Shown here in pieces: positions 38,011-48,854 of a stretch of 64,000 nucleotides of DNA. The notes beneath the pieces are model-generated. The model searched no databases. It saw only the letters and a list, made by a program, of their open reading frames with translations, and was not told the DNA's origin. The stretch's first letter is position 1. Every line of letters begins with the position of its first letter. Both the position numbers and the translations under genes were made by a program. The stretch is from Vicugna vicugna (lineage: Eukaryota): contig MU058844.1 in NCBI GenBank assembly GCA_013265495.1, positions 3,849,895 through 3,913,894 on the forward strand, in the 5' to 3' direction.

Positions 38011-38381
38011 AGCCACTGTGGAAAACAGTATGGAGATTCCTCAAAAGACTAGGAATAGACTTACCACATGACCCAGGAATCCTGCTCCCGGGCATATATC
38101 CAGAAGGAACCCTACTTCAAAAAGACACCTGCACCCCAATGTTCATAGCAGCACTATTTACAATAGCCAAGACATGGAAACAGCCTAAATGTCCATCAAC
38201 AGATTATTGAAAAAAGAAGCTGTGGTGTATTTATATGATGGAATACTATACAGCCACAAAAACCAACAACATAACGCCATTTGCAGCAACGTGGATGTTC
38301 CTGGAGAATGTCATTCTGAGTGAAGTTAGCCAGAGAGAGAGAGAGAAATACCAAGTGAGATCACTCATATGAGGAATCTAA
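38011..38381 (+). pseudogene. Orphan C-terminal tail of L1 ORF2p, downstream of the CCHC knuckle
   Basis: [63 protein letters not shown]..., matching the minus-strand copy near 57350-57710. Confidence 0.9.
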
Positions 38382-38919
38382 AAAAACACACACACACACA
38401 AAACATAAATACAAAACAGAAACAGACTCATAGACATAGAGTACAAGCTTGTGGTTGCTGGGGGGGGCGGGGGGTGGGAAGGGACAGACTGGGCTTTTAA
38501 AATGCAGAGTAGATAAACAAGATTGTACTATATAGCACAGGGAAATACATGCAGGATCTTGTGGTAGCTCACAGAAGAAAAAAAATGTGACAATGAATAT
38601 ATGTATGTTCATGTATAGCTGAAAAATTGTGCTCTACACTGGAATTTGACACAACATTGTAAAAGGACTAAAACTCAATAAAAAAAGTTTAAAAAGTAAA
38701 TAAATTGCATCACATCTAATGCTTTGTTTTCATGCTCACCATGGAAACTTCTCAGTTATTCATTCACTCATCATTCATTCATTTTTTCATTCACATATTA
38801 TCAGTGGCATTAGAGAGACAAAGCTGAGTAGTCATGTCCCAACCTGGAAGAACTCATGGTCCAGTAAGGGACAGAGAAAAGCATGTAAAAAAAATAATTA
38901 CAATATGTAAGACTAGTGC

Positions 38920-39150
38920 AAAGGCCTGGCGAAATGAGTGAAAATGTGTTCTCTAGAACGGACAAATCTAGACTCAGATCTCAACAAGTGCCAGGTGTGT
39001 GACCTCAAGCACTTTACAAAAGCTCCCTGCACCCCAGCTTGCTTATCTTTAAAGATAACTGTATCTACTTTATTGGTTTTTATGAGGATTAGGAATAACC
39101 TGTATGAAACAACACTTTCAGAACACAATACATGCTCAATAGAGGTGACA
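38920..39150 (+). mobile_element. MIR SINE
   Basis: 'gtgtgacctcaagcacttt...cagcttgcttatctttaaagat...tttatgaggattaggaataacc'. Confidence 0.7.
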
Positions 39151-40254
39151 TTGTGTATTATGTTATGTATTTATTGGATGAGTTATAGCAACTTAATTCA
39201 TTTTGGAGTGAGGCCATACCTGGAAAAATTTGTTCCCAATGGTGAGAGTTGAGAGGGAAATGCCTTATGAGAAGGGACCAAAAAAAATGTATTTGGGTGT
39301 CTCTGGCCACAGAATAAAACACATAGGTATGGGGAGAAACAGGCAGGATGTGAGAGTGTGAACACGGAGTGGCACAGAGCGTGAAGTTCATGCCCATAGT
39401 AAAAAATGTGAACTTATGGACTCTTTCTTTATAAATACAGCAGTCTGGCTGTCTTCTGCCCTCTTTCTCCTCCTTGCCCTGCCATCTATAATTTGTGACA
39501 AATATTTCCAAGTCTTTTACTGTGGTCATTAGGAGACAAAATGTTATTGTGTCCTCCCGCCCCCGATCCTCTGGTCCTAACACCCCCACCCCTTCTCCTG
39601 GTTCTTCTCTCACCTCTGCCCTGAAAATTTGTTATCAGCGTCCTGCTTTGTGAGACCTTCCTCATGACTGTTCTGCTTGTCTTGAGGTTTCTACTTCCAG
39701 AAGCTAGTTAAGGCTCTTTAATGAGCTCATCCTCAAGACCAATTATTTTATTTTGAAAACAGAGGCCTCCTTTGAAATTGCTTTTCAAAATATGTTTCCG
39801 TTTTCCTCTTTAAACCCTTTGATGTCATTCGTTCTACCATTTCCCTCATCACACTCTGGTTTGAAAAGGTTTGGTGTTTCCATTTTTGAACATCTTTTCT
39901 CTTCAGCAAAGCACTGTGTTCTTCCAATCCTTCAACACGGGCAGGTGGAATTGGAAGCTTGCCCTTCACTGAGCATTTCTTGTCTTTAATTCTGAAACAT
40001 TACCCAAAACCCATTCAATTACAAAAAAAAATCAAGTATTGTTTAAGTTCAGCCCCCTTCTAACACTGGCAGAGAGAGAGGTGCCCTCTGAAATTCTCCT
40101 TGCTGTTACAGGAAGACACAAGAACTTCTCACCTCAAGGAAGCAATATCCTGATGATGGAATCAATATATCATTAATATGCAAGAAAATGGCTTTAGAAG
40201 CAGCTCTGCAAACGTCACTATGTGTATATATCTCTTCTTTCTTAAGTAAGCTCA

Positions 40255-40540
40255 ATAGTTTGTATCTTTCAAGGAATTTATCCATTACTTTTAAGTGGTG
40301 AAATGTGTTAGCATAACATTGTTCATGATATTCCTTTATTATCTTTAAAGTAGTTGTAGAATCTATAGAGTGATGTCTCTTCTTTCATTTTTTTCATATT
40401 GGTAATCTGTGTCTTTCTCTTTTTTTCTTGATAATTTGGTCTAGGGTTCATCAATTTTATTGAACTTAACAGAAACCTAGCTTTTGATTTCATTGATTCT
40501 TTTTGCTTGTGTTGATTTTTTATTTCATTGACTCATCTGT
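40255..40540 (-). mobile_element. Old L1 ORF2 fragment
   Basis: 'tagtttgtatctttcaaggaatttatccatt', 'ggtctagggttcatcaattttattgaac...aacctagcttttgatttcattga'. Confidence 0.8.
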
Positions 40541-42329
40541 AAGTGTAAAATGTAAAAAATTTAGGTTAATGTAATACTTTATCTTCTTTTTGTTTTACTT
40601 AGTTCTTTGATTGTAAGAAGGGTTTGGATTTAGCATGTAACTTTTTAGGCTTCTAACCAATTTAACAATTTAAACAATTTAGGTGTTTTTCCTCATTACC
40701 TAAATAACCTGGAATAAAACTTGGAACTTAACAATCATTTTTAAGATGCCAATAAATCAAAACAATCTAATAGATTTGCCATGAAAGCAAATGCTAGCTT
40801 TGAGCATGAAGATAACTTTACCAGCAAATATGGCCTCTTTTTATCAATTCTGACTAGAATTTTACAGTTTGCAGACTCTTCCATTGACGTTCATAAGGAG
40901 TGTGTATGATCATTTGGAAGACACTCTTGTGTTGAAAATTTACATATATTTTTTACTGGTTCTTATCTGAAGGACTCAATTTATTTCACATGCCCCTGTC
41001 AATTTATTTGTGATAGTGGTCTGGGTCTGACTTACAGGAGCACTATTAGAAAGTGGAAACTAGGACACATTTTTCTTAGCTTTACTTTGATGAAGAGATT
41101 CTTACAAGTATAAGAATGACAGATATTTGAGTCTTCAGGGAGTAATGGAAAAGCTGAAAGATATTATTATCACAGAATAGATTTTGTGTCATTCTTGGTT
41201 CTCACTACAAAGGAAGATGTGAAAGTGTGGTTTGCTAACTTTAGTACTTCATAGCCTGTGACAGTCTATGCTTTCAACCTCAGAGAGGTTTTTTTGGTAC
41301 TCATTTCTGAAGCCTAACTGATCATCAGATGAAAACTACCCTTTGATTTCATTGCTCTATTAGACTAGATTCACAGGGAAAAAAGCCACTGACATAGACT
41401 GTGATGGGTTGCTGAATCCAAGATGCTGTTTAAATTGTTGCTGAGTGGGTTAATTTTATAAAATCAATTTTAAGTTGCGACTGGAGATGAATCTTGGAGG
41501 TCTTTGATTGATATGCCTTTTAAAAAAAATCCACTTTGCCCCCAAATTAACCTGCTTTAAAATTGATAGATGTATCCTCAATCACTTTGAAGTGATAGGC
41601 ATAAATTGTTAAAAGATGTTAGGTTTTTTTAAAAATAATCACATGAAATGCCTTTCCTAGGAGCAGTTGTGGGGCTGTAATATGCCTTTGACTCCAGGGA
41701 TACATAAAGCAATCCTCCCCATAATCATATATCCAAATTGCATGCTATTCAGTACCTACTTGAAGTAACCCTTGACTGGGCTTGTCTTCTTCTGAAGTGT
41801 AGATCCTAGGCAAGGTAATCAAGTTTACATTCTATTTTCAGAGTCTGGAATCTAGGTCATAGATGAACAACCTAAGACATTATTTTTTAATTGAAGTATA
41901 GTCAATTACAATGTGTCAACTTCAATTTCTGGCGCCAATTTTTATCTCATACAAGGCACTGTGATGAAGAACAGTGTAATAAAAATTCCAGAAATTGATT
42001 TTAGGATTTTTTTTTTCTCAGAAGCTGTAGGTTGCAGGGCATCACCATGTCAGCCAGTAAGTGCCAAGCTGAGTCCTGGGAAGTTGGAGATTCACTGAGC
42101 TCAATACAGAGTAAAACCACCATGGACCCCTTCCCTCTCTAGGAATGTAGTGGTCCTTTGAGTCCTTTGTGCTGTTCTGGGTTTAGAACTTCCTTGCCCA
42201 TTGTGGGCAAAGCAGAGAGCAAATCCTACAAACGTGGGAGGAAACTCAAGATCCACATCTTACTTATCTTTGCATCTTTCAAAACTTTTCCAACCTCTGG
42301 TGCCCAGTAAGCATTTAGTTGTGGTGAGT

Positions 42330-42505
42330 GGAATGAATTAATCCTAGCCCACCTCTGCCATTGTCTGTATTTGCGCAAAACAGCCTGGACAACTCACTCT
42401 GGCTTATTGAAACCCAGTTTCACCAGATATGAAATGGAAATAAAAATAGTCCCCTAAGGTAGGGGACTATTTTGAGGAACTATTGATATGATGCATTTAT
42501 AAAAA
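42330..42505 (+). mobile_element. MIR SINE containing a perfect hairpin
   Basis: 'aatcctagcccacctctgcca...cctggacaactcactct...cagtttcaccagatatgaaatggaaataaaaatagt'. Confidence 0.65.
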
Positions 42506-43084
42506 TGTATCTTTCCAATGGGAATCAAGACACTTTCATTTTACAAAAACAAGTTTCAAGTTTCAGGGCCTATGAATTTTATTTTTCCTGAATTGGACTA
42601 CATATAAAGAACATTTTAAAAAATACTGATAATCTAATAATCCCTAGTGATATTCTCTTGGATTTGGTACCACTGTTCATTTTTCATTTTTCACATAGTT
42701 GTGTTTACACATTTATCTTTATTTGTGCCTCCTAGTAGCCTTTGATATAAAGCGAGGTGTCTTTCTTCCCAAAGACACAACAACCCAAAAGACAGAATAA
42801 CTAGTGATTGTTTTTTTCAGGTGCCTAGGAAGAAGAAATGGTTAGAGGCTGGGAACGTGTCAGGCTTCTTAAGCCCTGTTGCATAGGCAGCCATGCCTTC
42901 CCTGTGTGAGAGGACAGCCCTATCGGTGGGGGAAAGTGATGCTTCCCGATGTGGTGCATCGTCTGAAAATATTCCTTGTCTCTTGAGTGGCAGGCCATGG
43001 ACATGTTTGGGGCACATTGGGACAACCTCAGAACTAACCCTTAGTGGTGCTTAAGTACCTATCAGCTTGGTGATATAGCTCATG

Positions 43085-43291
43085 TGTCCCACAATCCAGC
43101 AGCTGTGACCTTCCTTAAACTCATACCTGATAGTGTTGCCCACCTCTCTCCTCATCTTCCCCTCAGGGCTTGAAGCCTTTCATTTTCCTACTGTCCCCTT
43201 AATAACATCCAAATTCCTTGGCATGGAATAAAAAAGAACTGTATTACCCAACTCCTGACTCAGCTTTGTACTTTCTAATCCCCACCCTATC

Positions 43292-43343
<52 letters not shown>

Positions 43344-43745
43344 ACTCCACGTCAGTTGATGCTCCAGCATACTGAACTACTTTCAGTTTTAGGAAGACTT
43401 CCTTCTACACATACACTTCCACATTCATGTATGCACTCACCCAGTCCCTTGTTCCTTGGCTAATCCTATTCATCCTGAAGTTTCAGCTGACATGACATTT
43501 CGTACAGGAATTCTTTTCTGATGGGCTAGAACTAAATTAGATGTCTTGATGTATTCCCATAGTTCATTGTACTTTCCTCCATCATACAGTTGGTTCTTGT
43601 CCTGCTATATGGAATGTGTTAGTTTACGTGCCATCCTCCCTCTAAAATGTCATCTCCTTGAAGTCAGGGACAATGTCTTATTTGCCCTTGTACCCTAGAA
43701 GCCTAGCACTGATTTTGATTGTTCATAATTTGTGTTAAGCAAGTA
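43085..43745 (+). mobile_element. L2 3' region
   Basis: 'taacatccaaattccttggcatgg', 'ctaatcctattcatcctgaagtttcagct', 'ctccttgaagtcagggacaatgtcttattt...cctagcac'. Confidence 0.8.
43293..43340. repeat. (AC)24 microsatellite
   Basis: Perfect run read directly. Confidence 0.98.
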
Positions 43746-45121
43746 GAATCCTTGGAGAACTGTGAGTCTGTGCTTCTATGTTAATCAAGCAAGGAGTAAA
43801 TTTAAAATAATTTTGTAATACTCTATCGGTTGTATAGGAACTAAATTATGCCTTATTTTTAAATGATTTCAAGTTTTGGCACTAAAACCATTTTGAACTT
43901 TTATTCCTAAGCAGTCCAAGATACATCTTGCTGAATTGGGAATTAGCAAGGAGTGTTGCAAAACTGAATTAAATATAAAATATGTTTCATGAAAGTTCCC
44001 CCCATCCCATAATCCCTACCACAGAATGAAAAGACCTTATCAGAAATATTGACTATAACTCTGGAATTTTAGGGCTATATTTTTTGGAACTGCTTTAGAT
44101 TAAAATAACTTCATGCTAAAACTAGGTCTTTTCCATCACTTATGGGGTAATCAAATTCTGACAAATACTGTTTCCTAGAAAAAAAATGACTAACACTTCA
44201 AGGTGTTTGAATCAGAAATGTGTATCACAAATGTGTAAGAACAAAATTCATGAAATGGTACATGTTTGAGTAGATATGGACAAAAATGAAGAAAACATAG
44301 TTTTCTTTGTGAAACTAGTTCCACTGTAATGCCTTATATTGTGTAAGAGGATCATAAATTCTTAAGAAAAATGATAGATATGACATATTTGTCAATATTA
44401 GCACACATGAAAATATTGTGAGCCAGGAAGCTGTGGTCAAACAAGGGACTATTCTCTGGGAGTATCAACACAAGGCCAAGAATATATTTGTTAAATTGAT
44501 AAAGTGGCAAAATCAGAGATAACCTGATTTTGGCATCGATTAGAAAAGAAAATAATCATAGGAGTTTGGCTCAATCTTCAATTTGCCAACTGGGTATCTT
44601 GAAGTCATGCATGCATTGTTGTCATTATTATGGATTCATCCAGGGACCTTTTTCTTGGGCAGATGCTGTACATTCAAGTAAGTGCATCTATAGTTAGAGA
44701 CACACCAGCAAATTCTTTAATGAGCAGAGTACTTTAGAAGAGGGGTGAGTCGTCTCTTCTAATTGCACGCTATCATGTTCATTTTAATGTTTCCTAACTA
44801 CCTGGTTGCTCTTCATGATCTAGTTATAAAGGTAATTGCCCCAGAGAATGGCCAAGGAATACGAAATCCCCACGGTATTCTGCTTTAAGGATGACCATCA
44901 ACTCAGAAGGTGAGTTTCAGGCTTTTTTTTTTTTTTTCCCCAAAGGACTTTCTATACATTGAGAGGACAGGAGCAACCTCATAATTGTCAGTGATGGTCA
45001 CACCCTATTGAGGCACATGGACGTTGACTTGTCAGGCATTTTGACAGAGTCAAGAACACGACCATTCTAATCTCTGAAAATTCAAAGTGATTACAGCAGG
45101 AAATGCTGAAATTAAATAAAG

Positions 45122-45124
<3 letters not shown>

Positions 45125-45199
<75 letters not shown>
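45125..45199. repeat. (TAT)25 microsatellite
   Basis: Perfect 75-bp run. It explains the poly-L and poly-N ORFs in the track. Confidence 0.98.
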
Positions 45200-46039
45200 C
45201 TTTCAATCCCCTAACTTTAAAATACTGTGTTTTCATGCCAAACCAGATGGGCAATTTAACAAATATCACCAAAAAAAAGTTTGGCAGTTACTTAGGCCAT
45301 ATAGCCAGTGGCATTGATCTTTTTTCATGATTGACTGAACTGAGTTTTTGTTTCTTTTTTTCACTGACATGCCATCTGGTAGAGATTAAGCTCTGGCCAT
45401 ATGGTGAAAAGAGCCTTGCCTAGGTCTAGAGCTGGACCCTGTTCCCAGTTTGGACACTAACTGGGCTAGGCCACATGCTCTTCCTTTCTATGTCTCTTAT
45501 CCTCTTAGACAGGTGGAGTGATTTAACCCACCAACCTCTAAAACTTTCATTTGTCAGTGGTCCCTTGATTCATGTAAAAGTGTCCAAATAATTGGGCTGA
45601 TGACTTTCTGTTTCCCAGTAAAGATGCGTCCAGTCTCATTTGGTAGGACAGATATAGATGTAGCTGAATTGCATGGCACAGGCGTGATTAAAACACCGTG
45701 TGTAATGTGCTACCTCCCCGCTTTCTGGATGACAGAGAATAAGATGCCCTCCTTCTTGCAAATCTGATAAACCCAGACTTGGAGTGGAACAAAGGGCCTT
45801 AGGAGGATCAGGAAAGCTGACTGATGGGAATATGAATAAAACTCTTTTTCTATTTTTGCTCTTCTTACCCCAAGAACAGGAAACAAGATTCAACATCAAC
45901 TTGATGACTTACAAGGAGCCAACAAATGGTAGTAACAGCAATCATTTACTGAGCTACCATGTGTCAAAAGCTGTGCTAAATAATTCAAATATTGTCTCAT
46001 TTAATTCCCATAAAAACCTTATGAGATGCTCAACCTTAT

Positions 46040-46040
<1 letters not shown>

Positions 46041-46085
<45 letters not shown>
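46041..46085. repeat. (AC)22 microsatellite within a minus-strand MIR (~45935-46170)
   Basis: Perfect run, flanked by 'ctcatttaattcccataaaaaccttatgag' and 'aggtaaattgtccaagatcacagagct'. Confidence 0.95.
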
Positions 46086-46087
<2 letters not shown>

Positions 46088-47734
46088 GAGACCCATAAAA
46101 GTTAGGTAAATTGTCCAAGATCACAGAGCTGTTAAAACAGGACTTCCAAGAATACTATAAACCCTGTGTTATTCTTATATATCACTGCTTACACGTGAGA
46201 GAAATCAGGGAAAGAATAGTAAATAAATGTGGCTAATAGACCTTATATTTGAACTGAGTGTATAGTGATAGTAAACCAAAGCCACAACAGCTACCATTGA
46301 GGATACCACTTTAGAATTTTAATTAAAAAGAAAAGGTGTTATAAAAATAATATAGCAAACATATATAATATGCTTATACCCTTTTAATGAATCAGAATCT
46401 CATCTACTTAAGATCATTATATCATTTTTGTGTATTACCTACTAAACTTTTTCTTCATTTAGGTATTCAGGTGCAGGTACTTCTCATTCTTCTTTTATTT
46501 TTGATAATACAAATTTTTTAGTGATAATATAAATTGATGAACCTCTTACTGTGTGTGCCAGATACTATTTTAGCCTCTAAACATACAGTGGTGATCATTC
46601 AGCAAATGCCTTTTCTCATGGAGTTATATCTTAATGGACAGAGACAGACAGTAAGGAGTAAACAAGTAAATTAACAAGATAATCTTAGATTATGAAAGAT
46701 AATATAAAATAAATTGAAAGAGTGACACAATATAGTGATGAGATATTAGAAGGAAAAGCTGACTATCCAAAGCACCAATAGAAGAATGTTTCAGGCCTAA
46801 AGCTGTGTCCTGGGAATGCACTTGGTATGTCTGAAGAAAACAAAAGAAGCAGGGGTGTAAGGCTTTTCACTAAATTACTCCTCTTTTTTGGAATCTTGAG
46901 GTAATTTTCTATTTGGAAATGTTATTAATAATGCTGCAGTGAACATCTTCCTGTATATAACTTTTTGCTTTTGTTGAACTATTTCTTTAGGGCCAAATAA
47001 CTGAACAGGTTTATGACACTTTATGCTAATTTTTAAATAGAATTTTATCATTATTTTTGAGGATACTACTGATTATTCAGATTATTAGACATTCCCAGTA
47101 ACTATCAGTTTAGCTGTCCTTCAACACTAGAGACAAATTTATTGGGTTACAATACAAACAATACATGTTACTTCTTAAAGAGTTAGAAGATAAAGTTAAC
47201 AACAAAAAGGTACAATCTCACCATCCAGAGAGAACCAACCACTGGTAGGTATATGCACCACAATTCTCTCTCTCTGTGTCCCTCTCCCTTTCTATTTGTT
47301 GGTGATTATAGACACATTTGTGCATAAAATATATATTAAAATAAATAGAACATTTGTTATGTTTGGTTTTTACATTGAAATGTAAACTGGGGACAGAAAA
47401 GATCTTATAATAACTTCTGATTTCCAAAGAAACAAGCTCAATGTTGAACAGATAGTATAAGAGAATCATCAAATTTCGAAGTTTAGTATTAGAAATTATC
47501 CGATTTACTCAGCTTATGTTATGAATAGGGAAATGGGCTCAGAGACATTGCAATTTTCCCCAAAGTCAGATGGCTGATGTGTGGCTGAGTTGAGATTTGA
47601 GCAGAGGTTGCTCATCAATATTCTGGAAGCACTTCTTGAGATCGATTTACATATTTCTCATGGTCCTCACAGAATCTATTGTTGAACTCATTACTGTTAA
47701 AGAGAATTGTCATGTTGGGATTTCTTTTGAGTTT

Positions 47735-48150
47735 TTCCTTAACTGAGGGGAAATTCATGAAGCCCACATGACCATTTTAAAGTATACAATTCAGTGGCAT
47801 TTACAACATTCACAGTATTGTATATCTACCATCTGTCTCTAAAATTTTCATCCCCCAAGAATAACACTCTATACCCATTAAGAAATTGCTCACCAGTTAC
47901 TATTTCCCCCATCCTCTGTCCACCACTAATCTGTTTTCTGTGTTTGTGGATTTGTCTACTCTGAATATTTCATGCAAAAGGAAACATATAATAGATAATG
48001 TTTTGTGTCTGGTTCCTTTCACTTAAGATAGTATTTTTGAGGTTCATCCATGTTGTAGCATATATAGGTACTTTATTTCTTCTTATAGTAGAATAATTGT
48101 GACATACCACAATTTACTCATCTATTCATCCATTGATAAATACTTTTTCT
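47735..48150 (-). mobile_element. L1MB-type 3'UTR
   Basis: 'ccattttaaagtatacaattcagtggcattt...cattcacagtattgt' and 'ttttgaggttcatccatgttgtagcat'. Confidence 0.85.
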
Positions 48151-48490
48151 TTAGAATTTTAATAAACTAAATATGTTTTTATCCATTCAAAGCTTGACAT
48201 TGCAAGCTCCATGATTTCCAATATAACCTCAGGTCAGATGAATTATATTTAACATTCCTTTACCATTTTACCCTTCTTAAAGTTAATGGGTTGATGTTTT
48301 ACTGTTGCAGTAAGTTTTCCCATCACATATTTTATCTATTTCCCAGTATTATCATTTTCATAATCTTGTTATCATGTAGAACTTTTGTTTGACTTCCACT
48401 TATAAATATCTTTTAACTGACTTTTCACTGTCATTTTCCACTAAGACTATAGGATTTATGAAGTACATTACTAGATAAATGAATCTTACT

Positions 48491-48854
48491 ATGCTAGGCT
48501 GAAAATTACTGCCAAAAGATGTCTTTTCAGATGGGTTAAGATCTTGAGATGGGGAGATTACCCTGAATTATCCAAATGAGTCTAATGTAATGACAAGTAT
48601 CCTTATAAGAGAGAGGCAGGAGATTAGAGGGAGTTGTAGGAGACGTGACAGCAGATGCAAGTGGTCAGGAAACAAGGAATGGAGGTGGTCTTCAGAAATT
48701 CAAAAAGGCAAGAAAATGGATCCTCGCCTCAAATCTCAAGAAGAACAGCAACCCTGCCAACACTTGGGTTCTAGATTTCTGACCCAGAACTGTAAGAGAA
48801 TACATTTGCATTGTTTTAAGCTACTAAGTTTGACCACAATGGGGAACTAATACA
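48491..48854 (+). mobile_element. MLT1C/D-type MaLR solo LTR
   Basis: 'ttaagatcttgagatggggagattaccctgaattatcc', 'ccagaactgtaagagaatacatttgcattgttttaagctactaagtttg...gaactaataca'. Confidence 0.85.

Larger units (their letters stand above)
35641..38700 (+). mobile_element. Young lineage-specific L1 with intact termini but ORF2 almost entirely deleted (5'UTR, ORF1, partial spacer, ORF2 C-terminal tail, 3'UTR, polyA)
   Basis: GC-rich 5'UTR with CAAGATGGC near the start, ORF1 homology, abrupt junction at 38010/38011 into [20 protein letters not shown] at 38677, TSD taaattgcataac (35628-35640) / taaattgcatcac (38701-38713). Confidence 0.95.

Noticed and set aside
38458..38485. G-rich G-quadruplex-like tract
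   Set aside because: It is the ordinary polypurine tract of L1 3'UTRs, not a separate feature.
39158..39613. 151-aa minus-strand ORF
   Set aside because: Non-ATG start, no recognisable motif, and composition consistent with random sequence.
41884..41932. ~45-bp L1 extreme 3' tail (ttttttaattgaagtatagtcaattacaatgtgtc)
   Set aside because: Probably a real, severely truncated L1, but it is too short and lacks a clear TSD, so I did not list it as a feature.
44988..45330. Poly-Asn and poly-Leu ORFs
   Set aside because: They are translations of the (TAT)25 microsatellite.
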